Positions 10,001-17,626 of a stretch of DNA of 64,000 nt are shown one piece after another; the stretch's first letter is position 1, and every line of letters begins with the position of its first letter. Origin of the DNA: Bacilli bacterium. GTDB lineage: Bacteria > Bacillota_I > Bacilli_A > RFN20 > CAG-826. The notes below the pieces were generated by a model. That model did no database searches. It worked only from the letters and a program-made list of their open reading frames with translations, and was not told the origin of the DNA. A program made the position numbers and the translations under genes. The DNA is taken from positions 543 through 64,542 of the forward strand of contig JAILIP010000020.1 of assembly GCA_024695235.1 (NCBI GenBank), in the 5' to 3' direction.

Positions 10001-10488
10001 TGCGTAAGAGTAATGATCCAACATTCACTTATGAGTTAACAAGTCCTCGTTTTGTAGCAGCTGCCGAAGTTGTCTTCATGATCAACTTACTTAAGACCAT
10101 CTTCCTATGGGTTGGTGTTGGCTTTGGAGTGTTTGCAGGACTTATGCTCCTCAACTTCATCACCGTCTCAATTTCTTCCAAGAAGAAAGATATTGGTATT
10201 TTACGCGCTATTGGTGCACGTAAAGGTGATGTCTTTAAGATTTTCTTCTCAGAGTCATTATTCATTGCTGCTATATGTGCAGCCTTAGCAATTATCATCA
10301 CATTTGTTGCTCAATTCTTCTTAGACAGATATTTTGTTCAACAAATTGATATATCAATATTGCAATTTAACCCATTAACACTGTTACTTATCATTGGAGT
10401 TGCTTTAGTTGTAGCGTTTGTTGCAACAATAATCCCAGTTATGCATTCATCAAGGAAACCTCCTGTTGAATCCATTAGAGCGTTATAA
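7078..10488 (+). CDS. Fused ABC transporter ATPase/permease, MacB/FtsX type, with a very large extracytoplasmic domain
   Basis: 1136 aa with AGGAGG RBS. Walker A GKSGSGKST, signature LSGGQKQR, Walker B IIMADEPT. One TM near aa 340, about 650 aa of non-TM sequence, then a C-terminal FtsX-like 3-TM bundle. Confidence 0.85.
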   Translation: MLSIVNLTKIYKTKGGNDTKALDNVTLDFPETGMIFLLGKSGSGKSTLLNLIGGLDFPTSGEIILKGRSSKDFSQSDFDSYRNTYIGFVFQEYNILNEFNVEQNIALAIELQNKKVKEEEVQSLLEQVDLKDFAKRKPNTLSGGQKQRIAIARALIKQPNIIMADEPTGALDSKTGEQVFETLKKLSKDKLVIVVSHDRDFAERFGDRIIELKDGQVISDETKHYVESKEISSNVSIINDHAIKINDAKKLTKSDFDKLYESIKKSDGKVFISSGENADKSMKIARISEDGKSDEFKATEDVEVKEYDGSKTTFIRSKMPMGKSVKMGLSSLKTKPVRLIFTMLLSVVSFSMFGVASSLMLYNSSHTYAEALRRTDYKAEALQKSSVGNYVYQETDAAGNVVREGKSADSRQVLFGEEEVKRIGSNNLGLVYIPVNETGTVAFNGITLKKNAEYYSTYYKLRFVSDASKEEFNKLGYSLIGQYPVNDDEIILPKIYGQMMIDGQGTTKTNIDELVGEKFTVNSYNKGLIKLTVTGFFDAGDVPSTYNDLTSETAALSPDEQIKLANNLKAYIDDSFNCVFFTNSETYKKFARPASESIYVETYNRRGADINAYGKPSDVNQEMYITVLTDELYKQQSSAIKLYDLDGNAVTKNSFTLKDDEAYMPIDQFENQAYSIRNNFLSDFIQISLSSSIMKYMPAYYDFYKENPDEIGELKSNSYEYADIILELFKSFKDEFRKAYAIDRFVDRYTETASFDALSSSNKSLINEVKSAAAGANTSTKVNQVYGLLCEHFDDANGKPNYILKSYFDDTYNSKKENRILIEADPTLNELRDKGAETWTTSEVNAVKDFLNEHCADGISNNPYWNNYLAGYTFAEYTVPQEKVLQPRSDLVYNWGSYNGTTGELKIIGYYECGEYGYGPLVTKSFIDSISLTASYDGGNTYTSHYETDYVAPTDAKYSNVMVKSEFTFEQVEYMRKSNDPTFTYELTSPRFVAAAEVVFMINLLKTIFLWVGVGFGVFAGLMLLNFITVSISSKKKDIGILRAIGARKGDVFKIFFSESLFIAAICAALAIIITFVAQFFLDRYFVQQIDISILQFNPLTLLLIIGVALVVAFVATIIPVMHSSRKPPVESIRAL

Positions 10489-10498
10489 GGAGATGCCT

Positions 10499-11923
10499 AT
10501 GCAAAGATTTGATACTAGAGTGCAAGAACTCAAATACAAAGTTCTAAAAGAAGTAGCCAGAGGCTATTACAACGGAACTTTGTTAGATGAATATGATGAA
10601 ATTCCTCGACGTATTGTTCCAGGACCAAAACCAACAATGCGTTGCTGTATCTATAAAGAAAGAGCGATCGTTTTAAAAAGAATGAAACTTGCTTTAGGTG
10701 GCAACAAAGATATTGATAACGTCATCGAGGTAATTAAAGTTGCTTGTGATGAATGTCCATTGGGTGGATATGAAGTCACAAATAGATGTAGGGGATGCAT
10801 CGCTCAAAGATGTATTAATGCATGTCCTAAAGGTGCTATTTCATTTGATACAGTTCATCATCATGCTTTTATCGATAAAGATAAATGTATCAACTGTGGA
10901 ATGTGTGCTAAAGCATGCCAATATAACGCTATCCAAAACTATTTAAGGCCGTGTGTTCAAGCATGTAAAACAAAAGCTATCTCAATGGATGAAGATAAAG
11001 CCGCTAAGATTGATGACTCAAAATGTGTCCAATGCGGTGCATGTGTCTATCAATGCCCATTTGGTGCAATCATGGATAAATCATATATGACTAATGTCAT
11101 TGATATCCTTAAAGATAGTGATTTCTCCAAGAAATATCCTGTCTATGCAATCGTTGCACCATCCATTGCTACTCAATTTAAATACATGAAGTTTGGGCAA
11201 CTAATCACCGCTATTAAAAAACTTGGTTTCAAAGATGTGGTGGAAGCTGCTTTAGGCGCAGATATGGTTGCATATAATGAAGCCAAAGAACTCGTTGAAA
11301 AAGGATTCTTAACTTCATCATGCTGCCCAACATTTGTTTCTTATATTAAAAAGTTCTATCCAAAACTTGAAGGAAATATTTCTCATAATCTCTCTCCAAT
11401 GGCAACTATTGCTAAATGGATGAAAGAACATGAACCAAATGCCAAGATCATCTTTATTGGACCATGTATCTCCAAGAAGAAAGAAGTCCAACTTGAAGAA
11501 GTACATAAATATGTTGAATACACATTAACATTTGAAGAACTTCAAGCGATGATTGATGCAAGAGATATTGACTATGCTTCTTTAGAAGAATCATCTCTTT
11601 ATGATGCTTCCTATTATGGAAGAATATTTGCTCGTAGTGGTGGTATTTCTGAAGCAGTTCGTGAAGCCTTAAAAGAACAAGGTAGTGACTTTGAATATAA
11701 ACCAGTATCAGCTGATGGACTAGATAACTGCCGTATGGCGCTTGCTAAAGCCTCACTTCCATCAAGAGAATTCAATTTCCTTGAAGGAATGGGTTGCCCA
11801 GGTGGATGTATCGGAGGGCCATGCTGTCTCACTCATGAAATACGTGATAAATCAGAAGTTGATAAACACGGAAAGGAAGCTAAAGCTAAAACCATCGAGG
11901 AAGCTATAGAAAAATATAAGTAA
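10499..11923 (+). CDS. [FeFe]-hydrogenase-like protein (ferredoxin domains plus H-cluster domain), divergent motifs
   Basis: 4Fe-4S motifs CINCGMCAKAC and CVQCGACVYQCP. H-cluster-like motifs TSSCCP, GPCISKK and GMGCPGGCIGG. Start placed at ATG 10499 (AGGAG 6 nt upstream), not ORF-track 10466. Confidence 0.75.
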   Translation: MQRFDTRVQELKYKVLKEVARGYYNGTLLDEYDEIPRRIVPGPKPTMRCCIYKERAIVLKRMKLALGGNKDIDNVIEVIKVACDECPLGGYEVTNRCRGCIAQRCINACPKGAISFDTVHHHAFIDKDKCINCGMCAKACQYNAIQNYLRPCVQACKTKAISMDEDKAAKIDDSKCVQCGACVYQCPFGAIMDKSYMTNVIDILKDSDFSKKYPVYAIVAPSIATQFKYMKFGQLITAIKKLGFKDVVEAALGADMVAYNEAKELVEKGFLTSSCCPTFVSYIKKFYPKLEGNISHNLSPMATIAKWMKEHEPNAKIIFIGPCISKKKEVQLEEVHKYVEYTLTFEELQAMIDARDIDYASLEESSLYDASYYGRIFARSGGISEAVREALKEQGSDFEYKPVSADGLDNCRMALAKASLPSREFNFLEGMGCPGGCIGGPCCLTHEIRDKSEVDKHGKEAKAKTIEEAIEKYK

Positions 11924-11924
11924 T

Positions 11925-13097
11925 ATGAAAGTTTTGTTTGTTATTAATTCCTATTACACAAAAGGTAATGGCTTATGTGCCTCTGCTAGACGCACAGTTG
12001 AAAAGTTAAAAGAAAGAGGGCTTGAAGTTAAAGTCCTTTCAGCGGCTAATCCAGATCCAAAAGGACCTCAACCAGATTATGTCTTAGAATCAACACATCT
12101 TCCTTTATTTGAACCTTTGGTTCAGAAGCAAGGATTCCAATTTGCCGCAGCTGATAAAAAGATTATGGAAGAGGCTATTAGATGGGCGGATGTTGTTCAT
12201 CTAGAAGAACCTTTCTCAGTTGAAGCAAAAGCTGCTAAGATTGCAAAAAGACTTGGTAAACCATGTACTGGCACATACCATCTCCATCCAGAGAATTTAT
12301 TTGCCTCTGTTCATATGGCATCACATGCCTATGCTAACAAAGCAATGCTCATGTATTGGAGAAAAACTGTCTTCAATCGTTGCAAAATTATTCAATGTCC
12401 AACCGAGAATGTTCGTGAAAGACTTTTAAGAAATGGTTTTAAAGCCGAACTTAGAACAATCTCTAATGGTCTTGTCTTAGAAGACTTGATTCACATTGAT
12501 AGAAGTCATGTCACTCCTAAGAAACTATCAGATGCTAAATATACAGTTATTACAATTGGTAGATACTCTGTTGAAAAAGACTTGAAGACATTGCTAAAAG
12601 CAATGAAGTACTCCCAACATAGTCAAGATATTCAACTTGTCATCGCTGGGCGTGGTCCTCAAGAGAAGAACCTCAAAGCTTTAGCAAAGAAACTCGTTCG
12701 TAAAGGTTATCTAAAATTTGAACCAATATTTGGTTTCTATAACCTAAACGAACTTCAAGAGATTTCAGCAGCCGCTGATTTATATGTTCATTGCGCATAT
12801 ATTGAAGTAGAAGGACTCTCTTGCATGGAAGCAATTCAAATTGGCATTGTTCCAATCATTGCTGAAGGTAGAACTACTGCGACATCTCAGTTTGCAATGA
12901 GCTATATGTCTCGTTTTAGAGAAAAAGATCCTCGCGATCTTGCCTATAAGATGGACTATTGGCTAGAAAATGATGATAAGCGCATTAAAGAAGCTAAAAA
13001 ATACGTCAAAATTGGCAATGAATATGATATTGAAGATTCAATCGATCAATTAATTCAGATGTTCAAAGATGCGATTAGAAAGAAGAAATATAGATAG
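11925..13097 (+). CDS. GT-B fold glycosyltransferase (family 4-like), possible glycolipid synthase
   Basis: 390 aa. N-terminal MKVLFVINSY...GNG and a C-terminal EVEGLSCMEAIQIG-type nucleotide-sugar binding region. Starts 1 nt after the upstream stop. Confidence 0.7.
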   Translation: MKVLFVINSYYTKGNGLCASARRTVEKLKERGLEVKVLSAANPDPKGPQPDYVLESTHLPLFEPLVQKQGFQFAAADKKIMEEAIRWADVVHLEEPFSVEAKAAKIAKRLGKPCTGTYHLHPENLFASVHMASHAYANKAMLMYWRKTVFNRCKIIQCPTENVRERLLRNGFKAELRTISNGLVLEDLIHIDRSHVTPKKLSDAKYTVITIGRYSVEKDLKTLLKAMKYSQHSQDIQLVIAGRGPQEKNLKALAKKLVRKGYLKFEPIFGFYNLNELQEISAAADLYVHCAYIEVEGLSCMEAIQIGIVPIIAEGRTTATSQFAMSYMSRFREKDPRDLAYKMDYWLENDDKRIKEAKKYVKIGNEYDIEDSIDQLIQMFKDAIRKKKYR

Positions 13098-13151
13098 ATA
13101 ACACACCTTGTGTGATATATATATGGATTTAACTGAAAAAGGGGTAACATT

Positions 13152-13910
13152 ATGAATAGAAAGATATTAACACCTTTATTTGTTCCTATGATGCTTTTGG
13201 CATCATGTAACAACGAAGTCTCATATGTTGGAACATATTCCTTCATGATGGGAAAAGACAATGGTTCTCACATTGGCATCAAACTTGAACTATCAGGTGA
13301 TGATTTTGTCGAGGAAGGAAAAGAAGAATCTATCGGAAAGAAATTCTCTCTCACACTCGATAGCACGATCAACGGAGAACCTACCGAACCAGAAACTGCC
13401 AAAGCTGCAAAATATCGCGTTTTAGATGAAGAGAGCACAGATTCCAGTATTCCAGATGATTCAGCTGTATCAGACATGATTGCTGATTTAGGAAATTTCA
13501 AAATTGATGGAGCATATAATGTCACCAATACGTTAACAGAAGACAAAAACTACGTTGTTGATTTATATGTTTCAGTTGTTTCTGAACTCACAGAATCCCT
13601 TTTCTCAGATATTCCTGTTAATTTACTCAACGAAGTTGTGCAAGCTGAAATTAACAAATCATCTGTCAAATTCACAATTCCAGTTTCAATTAATGATATT
13701 CTCTTCCAATTATATTGGTATGGATATGATTTTAGAATTAACTCACTTGAACTTGTCGAAGTTGAAAAACATCATCATGGTACACATCCAACAAAAGAAG
13801 ATATTGATAAAATCAACGAAACATATCCAAGTGAACACGAAATCCTTGGATTTAGCACGAAATATCGTGATTTCCATGATTTAACAATGGAGCTCAAGAA
13901 AGATAAATAA
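13152..13910 (+). CDS. Lipoprotein, unknown function
   Basis: Signal peptide with lipobox LLASC. AAAGGGG RBS. No recognisable family. Confidence 0.75.
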   Translation: MNRKILTPLFVPMMLLASCNNEVSYVGTYSFMMGKDNGSHIGIKLELSGDDFVEEGKEESIGKKFSLTLDSTINGEPTEPETAKAAKYRVLDEESTDSSIPDDSAVSDMIADLGNFKIDGAYNVTNTLTEDKNYVVDLYVSVVSELTESLFSDIPVNLLNEVVQAEINKSSVKFTIPVSINDILFQLYWYGYDFRINSLELVEVEKHHHGTHPTKEDIDKINETYPSEHEILGFSTKYRDFHDLTMELKKDK

Positions 13911-13911
13911 T

Positions 13912-14862
13912 ATGGACGAAAAAGAAGTTGTCATAAACGTTGAACATCTCACCAAAGACTACGGCTATGGTCGAGGAGTTTTTGACGTTTCAATTAAAGT
14001 CCATAAAGGAGAATGCTACGGATACCTTGGTCCTAATGGAGCGGGTAAATCCACAACCATTCGTCATATCATGGGCTTTGCTAAGCCTCAAAAAGGCAAA
14101 ATAACTGTTTTTGGCCAAGAAACATTTGGCAATACTGAGAAGATTCTTTCTAAAGTTGGATATCTTCCAGGTGAACCATCTCTTCCTGCTGGACTTGATG
14201 GAATGGGTTTCTTACGCATGATGCAAGATATGCGTGGAGAAAGAAATGATGAAAGACTCAATTACCTCCTAAAGCTTTTTGCTTTAGACCCACATGTTAA
14301 CGTCAAAGAAATGTCTCTTGGCGAAAAAAGAAAACTCGCTGTCGTAGCAGCATTTATGAACGATCCAGATGTCTTAATACTTGATGAACCAACATCTGGT
14401 CTTGATCCTGTTATGCAAGCAGTATTCATCTCCTTCATTATTGAAGAGAAGAAACGCGGCAAAACAATATTGCTATCGAGCCATATCTTCTCTGAAGTAG
14501 ATGCCACATGTGATACCATTTCCATCATCAAAGATGGTATTCACGTATCAACATTTAAGGCTGCTGATCTTAAAAAGAGAGATGAAGTTACATTTGTCTT
14601 CCAATTTGGAGATAAAGAAAGCCTCGCTAAACTACCTAAACAACTCAAAGAAGGTAAGATAATCGAAACTAACGAAAAGCGTTTAACTGCCGCTGTTAGT
14701 TTTGATCATCATAAATACAAAAATGTCCTTGATTCACTCAAAGGACTTTCAGTAGTAGGAATGGAAGAAAAACCATTTACTCTTCAAGACTATTTCATGT
14801 CCTTCTATAAAGAAGAGAAGACATTTGATGGTCTAGGTGGTGTGAAAGGAAATACAAAATAA
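13912..14862 (+). CDS. ABC transporter ATP-binding protein (ABC-2/DrrA-like)
   Basis: Walker A GPNGAGKSTT, signature MSLGEKRK, Walker B LILDEPTSGLD, plus a ~90-aa C-terminal extension. Confidence 0.9.
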   Translation: MDEKEVVINVEHLTKDYGYGRGVFDVSIKVHKGECYGYLGPNGAGKSTTIRHIMGFAKPQKGKITVFGQETFGNTEKILSKVGYLPGEPSLPAGLDGMGFLRMMQDMRGERNDERLNYLLKLFALDPHVNVKEMSLGEKRKLAVVAAFMNDPDVLILDEPTSGLDPVMQAVFISFIIEEKKRGKTILLSSHIFSEVDATCDTISIIKDGIHVSTFKAADLKKRDEVTFVFQFGDKESLAKLPKQLKEGKIIETNEKRLTAAVSFDHHKYKNVLDSLKGLSVVGMEEKPFTLQDYFMSFYKEEKTFDGLGGVKGNTK

Positions 14863-14863
14863 T

Positions 14864-15826
14864 ATGTCACGCGAAACAATGGAAAAATTAATGGCCATTC
14901 CTGATAACGAAGCAGTTATCGTTTTGAAGAATGTGACCAAAGACTATGGTAATGGTCGTGGTATTTTTGATGTTTCCTTCAAGATTCCTAAAGGAAAAGT
15001 ATTTGGATACTGCGGCACTAATGGTGCGGGTAAAACCACAACCCTACGTCATATTATGGGATTCATTAAACCTGACAAGGGTACAGTCCTTGTTGAAGGA
15101 AAGAACCCATGGAAAGAAGGAGAATCAATCAAAGACCATATCGGCTACCTACCTGGAGAAATTGCTTTCCCTCCAGTAGAAAGTGGTTCAGCCTTCTTAA
15201 AATCACAAGCAGAACTAATTAACTTAACAGATATGTCTAAGGCAGAACGCATTATTAATGCGATGCAATTAGATCCAACTGCTAACTTAAAAAGAATGTC
15301 AAAAGGCATGAAACAAAAAACAGCGATTGTCGCTACTTTCATGCATTCACCATCAATCATTCTTTTAGATGAACCTACAACAGGTCTTGATCCTCTCATG
15401 AGAGAAGCATTTGTTAACATCCTCATGGAAGAAAAAGAAAGAGGTGCAACCATCCTTATGTCCAACCACATGTTTGATGAACTTGATGAAACATGTGACT
15501 ATGTTGGCTTTATTAAAGATGGTCATCTTGTTGATATTGTCGATATGAATGAAATTCATAATCGTCCATATCGTGAATATATGGTGTTCTTTAGAGACAA
15601 AGAAGGATTAGATACTCTTAAAAAGAGCGGACTCAAACTATGGGGTGTTGAAGAAAACCTTAATGGTGCTCTCATTAGACTAGATAAGTCCAACACAGAA
15701 GAATTCATCGAACTCATTAAAAAACAAAACGTCAAAATATTGACCGAACTTAAATATACATTAGAAAGATATTTCATGGAGAATTTTGGAGGAAAAGAAA
15801 ATGGAACAAACAAAGAAGAGAAGTAA
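14864..15826 (+). CDS. ABC transporter ATP-binding protein (paralog of the preceding gene)
   Basis: Walker A GTNGAGKTTT, signature MSKGMKQK, Walker B ILLDEPTTGLD. Confidence 0.9.
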   Translation: MSRETMEKLMAIPDNEAVIVLKNVTKDYGNGRGIFDVSFKIPKGKVFGYCGTNGAGKTTTLRHIMGFIKPDKGTVLVEGKNPWKEGESIKDHIGYLPGEIAFPPVESGSAFLKSQAELINLTDMSKAERIINAMQLDPTANLKRMSKGMKQKTAIVATFMHSPSIILLDEPTTGLDPLMREAFVNILMEEKERGATILMSNHMFDELDETCDYVGFIKDGHLVDIVDMNEIHNRPYREYMVFFRDKEGLDTLKKSGLKLWGVEENLNGALIRLDKSNTEEFIELIKKQNVKILTELKYTLERYFMENFGGKENGTNKEEK

Positions 15827-16778
15827 ATTTATATCCGTACCACTTTTCAAACAAACAATTAAATCATCTTGGCTACTTTGGTTAGTTATGACTTTAGGTA
15901 GTGCTTTAATCTTTTTCGTCATCAACGTAGTTGTTGGCTCTAAAAACATCTTCACAAATATCGATATGACAACAGTCTCCCAATATGTTACTGACCAAAA
16001 GATGTCATGGATTCAAATCCTTGGCTTACTCGAGCAAATGGGATTCTCTCTTAACCGTATCTCAACAATGGCAAGCATTGACCTTAACTCAATTCTTAAT
16101 GAACTTGTTTATAAGATCGCTGGTGTCCTTTTACCTATGGTATTTGTTATGATTACAGCAAATTCTCTTATCGCAAGCCAAGTCACAAATGGTTCAATGG
16201 CATATGTTTTATCTACCCCAACAAGTAGAAAGACAGTCATCCGTACCCAATTCTTATTTATGCTTGCTGCTTTAGTAGCAATGTATGTTGTTATTACCGG
16301 CACAGCTCTTATCAGTGAATCTATCGCTGGTGCAATTAGAATGAAAAACAATCCAGGCGCAACAAATATGCTCCCACTTAGAACTCTTCTATATTGCTTT
16401 GCATCATTCTCGGCTATGTTTGCCTTAACAGGCATTTGCTTTGGTGCATCGGCCTTCTTTAACAAATCTCAATACTCAATCGCCGTTGGTGGTGGGGTTT
16501 GTATTTTATCATTCCTTGGATGTATCCTTGGATTATTCGGAAACAAGGTATTTGTTTCAGTTGGCATTGGTGTAGCCTCAATGAGAGTGTTCGATTTCAT
16601 CTCTTTATATACATTGATCGATACTGAATCTATTAACAATTTCTCAAAAGCTCTTGCAGGACAAGATGCAGTTATATCATATAACTGGATTTGGGAAATT
16701 GGCATCTTATTTGTTATTGGTATTGTCTTTGCCTATGTCGGCGGAAGACGCTTCACTAAAAAGGATTTACCACTTTAA
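15801..16778 (+). CDS. ABC-2 type transporter permease
   Basis: About 6 predicted TM segments. The ORF-track start 15786 is TTG; ATG 15801 with GGAGG 8 nt upstream is preferred. Confidence 0.75.
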   Translation: MEQTKKRSKFISVPLFKQTIKSSWLLWLVMTLGSALIFFVINVVVGSKNIFTNIDMTTVSQYVTDQKMSWIQILGLLEQMGFSLNRISTMASIDLNSILNELVYKIAGVLLPMVFVMITANSLIASQVTNGSMAYVLSTPTSRKTVIRTQFLFMLAALVAMYVVITGTALISESIAGAIRMKNNPGATNMLPLRTLLYCFASFSAMFALTGICFGASAFFNKSQYSIAVGGGVCILSFLGCILGLFGNKVFVSVGIGVASMRVFDFISLYTLIDTESINNFSKALAGQDAVISYNWIWEIGILFVIGIVFAYVGGRRFTKKDLPL

Positions 16779-17539
16779 TGAACGAATTTCCGCAGATTAA
16801 ATATCTTGTCTTTGATTTAGATGACACTTTACTAAACAAAAAGAAAGAAATAACTCCTTTCACAAAGAAAGTACTTTTAAAGGCTAAACTAGAAGGTTTT
16901 AAGATTGTTATAAATACAGCAAGAAGTGTCCAAAATTCTCAAAGTGTTATTGACGTTATTCATCCTGATTATGGAATATATTCAGGAGGTTGTCATATTA
17001 TCGGCGAAAATGGTGAAACACTTTATTCAAAAACAATCGATAAAGAAACAGTAAAGCAAGCTAGCCGAGAACTTAATAAAAAATGTGAAAAAATCTCTGT
17101 TCAAACTAAAGAGAATTTCTATGCTTCTGATGAAGAATATAAAGGCCAAAATGCCATTCATTATGACTTCACAAATGGACTAGAAGAAGAGGCATATAAA
17201 ATCTTATGTTTCTCATATGATTTAGATATGGTGAAAGATGTTGCTTCTAAATATAATTTAGAACTTCAAAATTATCTTAACGGTGGATGGAATAGATTGT
17301 CCGTCAAAGGAGCTACCAAATTCCATGGCGTTGAACTGTTGTCTCAAATACTAAAAGTTGACCTATCTACATTTGCTTGCTTTGGAGATGATATAGGTGA
17401 CATTGAGATGATTCAAAAAGCTGGCTTAGGTGTAGCAATGTCTAATTCAAAAAAAGAGCTACTTGATGTTGCAAAACATATCACCTTATCTAATGAAGAA
17501 GATGGCTGTGCTCTTTTCGTTCAAAGATATCTCTTATAA
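16778..17539 (+). CDS. Cof-type HAD-IIB phosphatase
   Basis: Motif I FDLDDTLL, motif IV GDDIGDIEM, 253 aa. TAATG overlap with the permease gene. Confidence 0.85.
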   Translation: MNEFPQIKYLVFDLDDTLLNKKKEITPFTKKVLLKAKLEGFKIVINTARSVQNSQSVIDVIHPDYGIYSGGCHIIGENGETLYSKTIDKETVKQASRELNKKCEKISVQTKENFYASDEEYKGQNAIHYDFTNGLEEEAYKILCFSYDLDMVKDVASKYNLELQNYLNGGWNRLSVKGATKFHGVELLSQILKVDLSTFACFGDDIGDIEMIQKAGLGVAMSNSKKELLDVAKHITLSNEEDGCALFVQRYLL

Positions 17540-17550
17540 AAAATAAAATG

Positions 17551-17589
17551 CGATTAAATCATATTTATATTGATTTGGTCGTTTTTTTT
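17551..17589 (+). terminator. Rho-independent terminator
   Basis: CGATTAAATCA / TGATTTGGTCG stem (2 G-U pairs), 9-nt loop, T8 run. Confidence 0.7.
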
Positions 17590-17626
17590 AATATAATAAA
17601 CACAATATATCAAGGGGGTAGAACAT

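Noticed and set aside
10466-10498. N-terminal extensions suggested by the ORF track (10466, 15786, 29743, 39328, 50918, 55750)
   Set aside because: Each longer start either uses TTG or overlaps the upstream gene and lacks an SD. A downstream ATG with a GGAGG-type SD at 5-9 nt, and where relevant a proper signal peptide or lipobox, fits better.
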